IMG/VR virus record: IMGVR_UViG_3300050033_000419
Location: 1 to 57,437 of that record
Strand: one strand, 5' to 3'
From: a virus
Taxonomy: Duplodnaviria > Caudoviricetes
Length of the DNA stretch: 57,437 nt
This document shows, in pieces, positions 33,420 through 40,649 of the stretch (within the stretch, counting starts at the first letter, position 1; each line of letters starts with the position of its first letter). The position numbers were made by a program, and so were the translations under genes. The notes beneath the pieces were generated by a model. That model was not told the origin of the DNA and did no database searches. It was given only the letters and a program-made list of their open reading frames with translations.

Positions 33420-33426
33420 GAGCTCC

Positions 33427-34164
33427 TTACGCGATGATCGGAATATCGAGCGCGAACGTCGCGAGATGACGGCGCACGGCGTTGATGGTCTCGACCTTCC
33501 ACTTGCCGCCGTCTGCTTCGAACAATCCGAGGTTCGGGGGCTGCTGATCGCTGACCGCGCGGATCCTGAAGACGAACTCCGAAGCGGGTGGAAAAACTTC
33601 CGGGAACGTGCGGATCGGAGAGAGTCCAACCCTCGGCTTCACCATCTCGTTCGAAACCATCGCTATTCCGGCCTTGATGGTGACCTTCTGCGAGATCCCG
33701 TCATCTTCATGGAGCGAGGATGCCTGCTTCTGCAAACCGGAAGCGATCCGCAACACATAGTCGCGGTCGATGGAGTTGGCGAAGTGCGCCTGAACACCGA
33801 TGATGAAGTTCTCCTGTTCGAGGTAAGTGTTGAACTTGAAGGAGTCAACCTGGACGGGTTTGGCGGTGATGAGCGCGAGACGTCGGCCCCACTCATCCGT
33901 TTCTCTGTTGATCAGCGAGACTTGGTCATAATTCACGACGTGAATCAAAACGCCATCGCCGAAATCCACTGCGGCGCCATCGACCTCTTGGCGAATAAGC
34001 TCCGCAAAGCCTTCGAGTGTGAAGACCGCAATCGGCTTCGGTTCTGGTGTTGCGGAGGGTGTGATTTCGTGAAGAACCTTCGAGCTGAATTCACGATCGC
34101 CAAACATCGTGAACCGTTCGGTCTTATCGAGCGTCAGAAGATATTCCAGAGCTGCCTTGATCAT
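33427..34164 (-). CDS. Conserved phage protein
   Basis: DDGISQKVTIKAG...PIRTFPEV...SEFVFR...GLFEADGGKW. Confidence 0.8.
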   Translation of the reverse strand: MIKAALEYLLTLDKTERFTMFGDREFSSKVLHEITPSATPEPKPIAVFTLEGFAELIRQEVDGAAVDFGDGVLIHVVNYDQVSLINRETDEWGRRLALITAKPVQVDSFKFNTYLEQENFIIGVQAHFANSIDRDYVLRIASGLQKQASSLHEDDGISQKVTIKAGIAMVSNEMVKPRVGLSPIRTFPEVFPPASEFVFRIRAVSDQQPPNLGLFEADGGKWKVETINAVRRHLATFALDIPIIA

Positions 34165-34212
34165 CGCGTGGTGCTTCCTTTCAAAACGAATCGTCGTGCG
34201 TGCCGGTGCCGC

Positions 34213-34614
34213 TTAGTTGCCCTTCTGTGAAGGTGCGGTGGGCGGCAGAGTCGCGACCTTGCCGGCTTGAGGCACGATCTCGGTGGTGAGTCCTTCGCGC
34301 TCGCCGAATGGAAGCGGATTCTGCCGCGTGTCGAACGGATAGAGGTTGAGTTCGCCCTTGTCCATCGCGATGTAAGCCGAAGACTTCTTCGTCTCCACCC
34401 CGGGAAGTGACGTCTTCACGTCGTACTCGATCTCGGTCAGGCTGCGGGCGTCGTTGGGCTTCAGCGCGATCTTGACCGTGATGCTGCGTTTCGCCGTCGC
34501 CTTCGTGTTCGGGTCGGCAATGTTCTCGAGCACCCGGCGCATTTCGTGGGCGAATACCTCGCTCACGCCGCCACCAGCGATGCTGCCTAGTTCCAATCGT
34601 TCGGGTTTAAGCAC
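34213..34614 (-). CDS. Conserved phage protein (usual partner of 33427-34164)
   Basis: RVLENIADPNTKATAKRSITVKI. Confidence 0.8.
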   Translation of the reverse strand: MLKPERLELGSIAGGGVSEVFAHEMRRVLENIADPNTKATAKRSITVKIALKPNDARSLTEIEYDVKTSLPGVETKKSSAYIAMDKGELNLYPFDTRQNPLPFGEREGLTTEIVPQAGKVATLPPTAPSQKGN

Positions 34615-34643
34615 GCTACTTTCCTCCTAAGAAGGTTTTGCAG

Positions 34644-35081
34644 CTACTGCGCGGTCCTGCGCAGCTGTCTGAACTGATCGTGCGCGAGCATTCGTGCGAC
34701 ATGCCGACGCTGGCGCCGCGGTGCGTTCGGATATTGCCGGTTGATTTCCGCCTGAGCCGACACGCCGAGCCGTGCGCGATTGACCTGGCGAGATTCCTTC
34801 TGCTCTCGAGGTTTGGGAGCGGGGCTGCCGCAAGCAGGTGAGCAAAACAGCTGGGGATTCACGCGCGCCGGGTGGATCTCGATTCCTTGTTCCTTGGCTG
34901 AGATCGAGAACTTCTCCATGGCCGCTGCAGCGCGAGAAAGCTGATAGCGGCTTCCGCACTGACGGCAGCGACGGTGGGTCGATGGCTGGCGCTCATTGGG
35001 ATTGCGGAATTTCCCGAACACTTTCTCGAAGATCGCCAGCACATCGAACTTCTTTTTCTTCTCTTCCGGAACCGTCTTCAT
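34644..35081 (-). CDS. Hypothetical CxxC protein
   Basis: RCRQCG...FCSPAC. Confidence 0.55.
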   Translation of the reverse strand: MKTVPEEKKKKFDVLAIFEKVFGKFRNPNERQPSTHRRCRQCGSRYQLSRAAAAMEKFSISAKEQGIEIHPARVNPQLFCSPACGSPAPKPREQKESRQVNRARLGVSAQAEINRQYPNAPRRQRRHVARMLAHDQFRQLRRTAQ

Positions 35082-35103
35082 CGTTGCCTTTCGTTCCTTT
35101 AAT

Positions 35104-35285
35104 CCGGCGCCCTGTACCCCACTTTGCCTTCGGTTCCGTCTCGCGCCAGCCAGGGGGAGAACGATCCTGCTGGTATCACAAGAACTGCTCGGAACCTACT
35201 GAGGCCTGGGAGCGCCGGTTACTGCTCTCGGTTGGCATCTCTGTTGCGAGTCACCGGCTACCTCTTCCAACAACCGGTGACTCGC
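35104..35285 (-). ncRNA. Candidate structured RNA
   Basis: Nested helices 35104-35218 plus a 12-bp hairpin 35246-35285 in an intergenic gap. Confidence 0.35.
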
Positions 35286-35325
35286 TTGCCCGCTCATCTG
35301 TGGGCAAACTTCAAAACGTTATGAC

Positions 35326-35577
35326 CTACAACGGCGGCTTGGCTTTCGCCTTCGGGATGTCCGACTCCGCCTGCAGCCAGGTCATCGCCGCATCCCAAGC
35401 ATCGGCATAACCACTCGTGAAAGCCTTGTAGAGCGCCTTGCGTTCGGCTTCTGGGAGCGCCCAGTAGCATTTTGTGCAGAAACTCTTCCGGCCACTCTTC
35501 GGTTGTCCGCAATGCGGGCAGGTGATCGAGGAATACGAATCAAGCGCGAGCTTGCGAAGCGATGGGGTCAGGCTCAC
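35326..35577 (-). CDS. Zinc-ribbon protein
   Basis: CPHCG...FCTKCYWALP. Confidence 0.65.
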   Translation of the reverse strand: MSLTPSLRKLALDSYSSITCPHCGQPKSGRKSFCTKCYWALPEAERKALYKAFTSGYADAWDAAMTWLQAESDIPKAKAKPPL

Positions 35578-35882
35578 TGGGTCACTCCTTCGGCGGTGGT
35601 TCTCGCGGCAACGGCGGCGCTAGCCTCTTCCAACTCAGCAGCAAGAGCCCGACCGAGATCCCAAGTATCAACAGGGTCCACAGCGTTTCCATCCGCACTC
35701 CCCTTTGACTTCGCGCGGTCCGTCGTGGCCACCGCGTGGGCCAGTACTTTTTGCAATTCGGCCAGGTTCCCGCGGTTCTGCTGGAGGATCGCGGCGCGGT
35801 CTTGTTCGGAGCGCTCGAGCCGCTTCATCAGCAGGTCGCACTGCGCCGCAAGGAGCTCTTCAGTTCGTGGAGAGGCCGTCAC
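35574..35882 (-). CDS. Hypothetical protein
   Basis: GTGA coupling. Confidence 0.55.
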   Translation of the reverse strand: MTASPRTEELLAAQCDLLMKRLERSEQDRAAILQQNRGNLAELQKVLAHAVATTDRAKSKGSADGNAVDPVDTWDLGRALAAELEEASAAVAARTTAEGVTQ

Positions 35883-36148
35883 TGGGCAATCTCCTTCGCC
35901 ACCAGGTAGCGATCCGCCGCGCTCAGAACCCGCACCATCTGCAGCAGGAAGAACATCGGCAGGAGCACGAGCATGCGGAAGAATCCATTGATGGCCCGGC
36001 CAGCAGCGTTCCAGGTCGCCGCCATCTCGAAGAGCAAGCGGCCGCCCACTGCCTCGGCGTCGCTCTTGCGCGCGGCGTCACGAATGGAATTCGCGTGCAT
36101 CGCGAACTCGGTGAGCATGGTGGGAGTTGTTTCCACGGCCGGCGTCAT
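35879..36148 (-). CDS. Hypothetical membrane protein
   Basis: C-terminal hydrophobic helix; coupled. Confidence 0.5.
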   Translation of the reverse strand: MTPAVETTPTMLTEFAMHANSIRDAARKSDAEAVGGRLLFEMAATWNAAGRAINGFFRMLVLLPMFFLLQMVRVLSAADRYLVAKEIAQ

Positions 36149-36228
36149 CGCATCACCAGCCAGATGATGAGGGCCCAAAGGGCGAGACTTAGAGGAATCG
36201 CGAAGAGTAGTCCGCGGAAGAAGTTCAT
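36145..36228 (-). CDS. 27-aa single-TM peptide
   Basis: GGAGG SD; MNFFRGLLFAIPLSLALWALIIWLVMR; ATGA coupling. Confidence 0.55.
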   Translation of the reverse strand: MNFFRGLLFAIPLSLALWALIIWLVMR

Positions 36229-36434
36229 TGCAGGTACCTCTTCATCCGTGCCGCTACTTCCGACTCCACCGAAGCGATGACCAACTTGGCGATCGTGTCC
36301 TTCTGCGTGCAGGTCATGGGCAGCATGTCGCTGTAAAGCAGCTGCAGGAGCTGGTGGAACTGCTCCGTGATGGTCTCGGGCTCCTGGATCTGAGCCTGGA
36401 GCGGTGGCAACCGTGGTACGCGGCCCGCGCTCAT
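36225..36434 (-). CDS. Hypothetical protein
   Basis: Coupled operon. Confidence 0.5.
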   Translation of the reverse strand: MSAGRVPRLPPLQAQIQEPETITEQFHQLLQLLYSDMLPMTCTQKDTIAKLVIASVESEVAARMKRYLQ

Positions 36435-36658
36435 CGGCACAACCCCAGCGCATGACACTTCTGGAGTTCGAGCAGCAACCCGATGATTCCGCCAATGGTG
36501 ATGACGATGGCGAGCTTGGTCACGGTGAACGCGCTGGAGCGGCGGCGCGGGGAGCGTTGCTGCCACGCGAACTGGGCGCGTTGTGCGATGCCGACCACCA
36601 CCAGCAGAACAATCACGGAGACAATGAAACTCAGGAAATCCACCGCGATGTGGTTCAT
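36431..36658 (-). CDS. Two-TM membrane protein
   Basis: Hydrophobic helices; coupled. Confidence 0.55.
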   Translation of the reverse strand: MNHIAVDFLSFIVSVIVLLVVVGIAQRAQFAWQQRSPRRRSSAFTVTKLAIVITIGGIIGLLLELQKCHALGLCR

Positions 36659-36864
36659 TGGCTCACCCTCAGGAGCGCAATCACCAAGAGGACGTTCACT
36701 GCCGAAACGACTACCGCAATGACCAGCAACATGGCCCCGCGGTACGACTGCGCCTTGATCTGCGCGGACTTCATGTCGCAGCTATGGCACGGGAGGCTGA
36801 ACGAGGTAACGTCTTTCATCGCTTCGATGGTTGCTCTTGAGTGGTCTTCTCGAAACATACACAA
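36655..36864 (-). CDS. Membrane-anchored small protein
   Basis: CxxC plus C-terminal TM. Confidence 0.5.
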   Translation of the reverse strand: MCMFREDHSRATIEAMKDVTSFSLPCHSCDMKSAQIKAQSYRGAMLLVIAVVVSAVNVLLVIALLRVSQ

Positions 36865-36877
36865 ACCTCTTCTTGAA

Positions 36878-37417
36878 CTACGCAGTCTTGTCTTTGGCCG
36901 AGTTGATGCGCACGGAAACCGCTGGTTTCTTAGGGGGTAACTGGGAAAGGGCTTGTTTGGCGCACGCAGCTTTGTACTGCCGCGAATATCGATAGCTCGG
37001 CCACACTTCGCCCTTCAGATGGAAGGCTGCATACGCTTGACGCTTGTATGTCATCACGTCAGGCGTAGAGCCGTACATCCACGCATAGGCTAAGTGGTAG
37101 GCGTTAGTGCAGTTATCGAAGTAGGCGCGGCGGAGGATTCGGCGGGCGAGCTGGTACTCTTCACGGCCTTGCACCGTGTCTTCCCTTAGTTCTGACTCTA
37201 GGAGCCGAGTTTCGATCCTCTCGACAAACTCTTGGCCCGGGCCCATGAACGCGCCCGGATAGTATGTGGAGCTTGTGGTTTCCCACAAAGTACCAAAGTT
37301 TGAGGTCGGACTACAGATATTATGTCTATAACGATTTTGCGACAAAAAAAAGGCATGGACCGGGAATCCGAATAACTCTCCGATCTGGCTGGGCTGAGGG
37401 TTGGGTTGGGTGGACAT
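36878..37417 (-). CDS. Hypothetical protein (start uncertain; may begin at MGPGQ near 37246)
   Basis: Long ORF ending QLPPKKPAVSV...KTA. Confidence 0.5.
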   Translation of the reverse strand: MSTQPNPQPSQIGELFGFPVHAFFLSQNRYRHNICSPTSNFGTLWETTSSTYYPGAFMGPGQEFVERIETRLLESELREDTVQGREEYQLARRILRRAYFDNCTNAYHLAYAWMYGSTPDVMTYKRQAYAAFHLKGEVWPSYRYSRQYKAACAKQALSQLPPKKPAVSVRINSAKDKTA

Positions 37418-37443
37418 CTTCGACCTTCCTGAGTTGCTGAAAT

Positions 37444-37815
37444 CTACGCCTTGGTCTGGGTAACTGATTTCTTTGCGAGGAGCATTCTCTTCCTCCGCCT
37501 GCCGGATGCGTGATGTTCTAACGCGTGACACTCGGGGCAGAGATACAGAAGACTGCGAAAGTCGTTGAAGTCTTCTGGAAACTTCTTGCTGTTCTTGTGG
37601 TGCACATGGCCGGAATCTATCGGAACTTTGCAGTGCTGACATTTCGCACCAGCCCGTTCCTTGACGCGGGCGTAAACCTCTGCCGGGGGGCGGATCAACT
37701 GCTGGGCCCGTTGGCGACTAACCCCAATAAGTCTTCCGATTTCCGCGTAGCTCAGGCCCCTAATAAAGAGTTCCCCTGCGCGTTCCCGTATTTCGGGGTT
37801 GAAGTTTCTTCCCAC
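37444..37815 (-). CDS. HTH plus HNH protein, first gene of early operon
   Basis: GLSYAEIGRLIGVSRQRAQQL; CQHC...HVHH...LCPECHALEH. Confidence 0.8.
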   Translation of the reverse strand: MGRNFNPEIRERAGELFIRGLSYAEIGRLIGVSRQRAQQLIRPPAEVYARVKERAGAKCQHCKVPIDSGHVHHKNSKKFPEDFNDFRSLLYLCPECHALEHHASGRRRKRMLLAKKSVTQTKA

Positions 37816-37822
37816 GAACGAG

Positions 37823-37852
37823 ATGGTAATCCCGAAAGATTGCGGTTGTCAA
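37823..37852 (-). promoter_or_regulatory. Sigma70 promoter driving early transcript
   Basis: TTGACA-N18-TACCAT, 7 nt before the GTG at 37815. Confidence 0.65.
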
Positions 37853-38054
37853 GTGCAAAATTGAACCCCCTCCGGGGTCGAATCCGGAAGGGGTCATGTT
37901 GCAACTCAGAGCGGCTATTATAGAGCGATAGCGGAATAATTGGAATCGGTGAATGCTCCGTGCTTTTACACAGGCATGTGGAAATCAGACCGATTCCCTT
38001 CCCCCGTATCGATTTGCTGGAGAATAAAAAGCAGTAGGCGTATAGTTTCTCGCC

Positions 38055-38597
38055 ATGAGCACGCAGGCGAAGGTGTGGACCACGGTGCTGGCTTTCGTCT
38101 TGCTCGCGTTCCTCCTCGTTGCATTCGTCGACCCTGAACGGCCGGCGAACCTGGCTGCAGCGCCAACGGCTCCTGCCACCGCTTGGGAGTACACCTCTGA
38201 GGCCGACGCGCTCACCGGCAAGTCTACTCGTTTCGCCTGCGTCGACTCCATCAACAGGCTGGACTTTGGCTTTCCTTACAACGGCGGGTCGACCGGCATG
38301 TTGTGCTTTCGCGATTCGCCACGGTTTGGCAAGAGCGCCTACCTGCAGATCAAGAAGGGGCAGTTTCTCTGTGGGATCGAAGGATGCGCGCTGAGAGTGC
38401 GCGCGGATAACGGACCGATCACCATGGTCAGAGCGATCAAGGCGTCGGATGGATCATCGGATTATGTCTTTTTCCGCAGCTACGGGACGATGCTGGCCGT
38501 GGCAAGGGCGGCGAAGAGCTTGAAGATCGAAGCGGAGTACTTCAAAGAAGGCTGGCAGGTGCTGCAGTTTGACCCGAGCGGACTTAAGTGGCAGTAG
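38055..38597 (+). CDS. Membrane-anchored exported protein (moron-like; only plus-strand gene)
   Basis: N-terminal TM; WEY..DALTGK...FPYNG...KGQFLC...SDGSSDYVF; TATAGT 8 nt upstream. Confidence 0.75.
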   Translation: MSTQAKVWTTVLAFVLLAFLLVAFVDPERPANLAAAPTAPATAWEYTSEADALTGKSTRFACVDSINRLDFGFPYNGGSTGMLCFRDSPRFGKSAYLQIKKGQFLCGIEGCALRVRADNGPITMVRAIKASDGSSDYVFFRSYGTMLAVARAAKSLKIEAEYFKEGWQVLQFDPSGLKWQ

Positions 38598-38639
38598 CGG
38601 GGCTGGGATCATCTCCAGCCCCATTCCCATTGTGCAAAG

Positions 38640-39146
38640 CTAAAACGCAGTCGCTGTCAATACCGGGGAGCTCCGCGGCTGCTCGGGGAGCTCGTCCCAT
38701 ATCCCCGCCAGGTCGGGCAGGGCATTCGTTCGGCGCGTCAGATCGGCGAGCTCATCTTCGCTCTTCGGTTGCCGCAGTTCGGCGGTTTGCGAATTGCTGA
38801 GCGACTTGGGAGCGGCCGGGCTCACTGGAATGGTCGCGCTAATCTCGTTGGAGTAACCGCTCTCTTCCGTTACACCGCTTGCCGTGATCTGCGCGGTGAC
38901 CGCGTAGTAATAGGTCGCCCCGGAAGTCACGGCAGCATCGGTGAAGGTCGTGGAGGGGGCGCCACAGTTGCCGGGGAAAACATAGGTGCCCGAAGCCGTG
39001 CCGCGGTACCAGCAGTTTCCCGTGAGACCCGCCGTAGTGCTTTGCGTGAAGTTGCCTACAACCTTGTGCACGGTCGGGCCGGTCTGGGCGCAGCTGAAGC
39101 CGCAGAGCAGCAGGACCGCAACTAAACTTCCAAAGATCTGTTTCAT
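38640..39146 (-). CDS. Signal-peptide fibronectin type III-like protein
   Basis: MKQIFGSLVAVLLLCGFSCA; YRGTASG..Y, TFTD, TYYYAVTA, ESGYSNE. Confidence 0.75.
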   Translation of the reverse strand: MKQIFGSLVAVLLLCGFSCAQTGPTVHKVVGNFTQSTTAGLTGNCWYRGTASGTYVFPGNCGAPSTTFTDAAVTSGATYYYAVTAQITASGVTEESGYSNEISATIPVSPAAPKSLSNSQTAELRQPKSEDELADLTRRTNALPDLAGIWDELPEQPRSSPVLTATAF

Positions 39147-39236
39147 CGTCATTCCTTTCATCGTTGTGCACACTGTTCACTGCCTCGACGAACGAACTCA
39201 TTGAGTCGATCATGAGACCTCCGAAGCCGCCTCCCC

Positions 39237-40649
39237 TTACTGAGCGATCCAGACAAAGGGTTTAGCGGTACTGGCACTCCCGCCAATCACATAGCTGGCA
39301 GACCCAACCGCGCTATCTGCGAGTGAAGACGTACCCGCTACCGCGTACACCGTCTCGCTGGCGCTAACCGTGATCGTGCCGCCATTACTGAGCGCGGTGC
39401 CTGTGGTGCATCCCGTTCCAAGTCCATTCGTGGCGGGAGACCCGGTTGTATTCCAACAAAGTTGCGCACCACTGGTAGTGCTGGTGATCGCGACCGTCTG
39501 CGTGGAACTATAGGTTCCAGCAACCGGGCTATAGGTTGGAGATACTGCGGCTGATGGGGAAGCGGAGCCAACGGAGTAGAAACTCGTCGGCGCGTTTTGA
39601 TTGTTGTACTCGTCCAGCAGCCAATCTGCCGAGCGTGCGACACTGGCAAAATGAAGTTCATCCATCGAGCCGTTCCAAAAACGGCCTGCGGTGACAGAAT
39701 TACCAATCAACACAGCGTTTGCTACGCCGCCATTTAGCCCTTGCGCTCCCGCAGCGGTGGAGGCGTCCTGCGCTCCGTTAACATATCCAATCAAGGAACC
39801 ACCCGGCGTGTAGGTAAACGCGAGCAGATACCATGTTCCGGTACTGAGAGTATGCGAGCCTGTGCCGTCGTAGTCGTAGCCGTTGCCCGGAGTCGCTTCG
39901 TTGACATACACGGCCAGTTTGCCGTTGCTCTTGACAAGCAACGTGTAGCCGCCGAAGCTCGATGACCCCTCGCGGCCAACCACGGAATTGTACGCACCCG
40001 TAAACGTTGTACCCTTCGCCCATGCCGAAAAGGTAAAACTGGATGTGTCCAGCGTTGTGGATGCCCCGAAGTTTTCGTATTGGCTGCTGGCGCTTGCGAA
40101 ACCTGCGCCACCATCGATCTTCCCGGTTACAGCCGTCGAGCTATAGTTTGTGCCGTTGTTCGTACCTAGTGAGTCGGCAACTGACAGGGTGGTGCCGTTG
40201 GAAAGATGGGCAACGGTGATATAGCCATTGCTCCATACCCCCGCCTCATTCGATAAATCCGACGCGCCCGTGCTCCCGACCAACGCATAGATTATCTTCG
40301 TTGTGCTGTGACCTATGGTTGGGACCTGAATCCACCACTCCCCCGCTCCGGTTGTCGCGACGTAAGTTCCCGCCGTCAGTTTATAGTTCAAGAGAGTGCC
40401 ACCCGACGACGCGGTGCAAAACACCACATCCACTCCGGTTGAACTCTGTGCATACCCGCTATTAGCGACCGTAGCTAGGAGCGAGTTTCCCGCAAAGTAC
40501 ACGGGAAAATTCGACTGGTCGGCGCTTGTTCCCGTCTGTGCCGCGATAGTGATGGGCACACTATAGGCATACCCTGTGGGGCAGCTCGTAGCGTGCGCGA
40601 GCGCCCCACAGAACAGCAGACTGATTATGGCGAGGATGATCCGCTTCAT
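39237..40649 (-). CDS. Signal-peptide protein: DUF2341-like, LamG/ConA and chitobiase-C/Fn3-associated domains
   Basis: NFPVYF..., WWIQVP, WYLLAFTY, FWNGSMDEL, ARSADW...YNNQ, PTYSPVAGTY. Confidence 0.8.
   Translation of the reverse strand: MKRIILAIISLLFCGALAHATSCPTGYAYSVPITIAAQTGTSADQSNFPVYFAGNSLLATVANSGYAQSSTGVDVVFCTASSGGTLLNYKLTAGTYVATTGAGEWWIQVPTIGHSTTKIIYALVGSTGASDLSNEAGVWSNGYITVAHLSNGTTLSVADSLGTNNGTNYSSTAVTGKIDGGAGFASASSQYENFGASTTLDTSSFTFSAWAKGTTFTGAYNSVVGREGSSSFGGYTLLVKSNGKLAVYVNEATPGNGYDYDGTGSHTLSTGTWYLLAFTYTPGGSLIGYVNGAQDASTAAGAQGLNGGVANAVLIGNSVTAGRFWNGSMDELHFASVARSADWLLDEYNNQNAPTSFYSVGSASPSAAVSPTYSPVAGTYSSTQTVAITSTTSGAQLCWNTTGSPATNGLGTGCTTGTALSNGGTITVSASETVYAVAGTSSLADSAVGSASYVIGGSASTAKPFVWIAQ

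Noticed and set aside
37862-37896. Hairpin with GGTCGAAT loop as tRNA fragment or attP
   Set aside because: No acceptor/CCA similarity and no integrase present.
38839-39213. 124-aa ORF with GGAGG SD overlapping the Fn3 gene
   Set aside because: It is mostly a shadow frame with no recognisable composition or motif.
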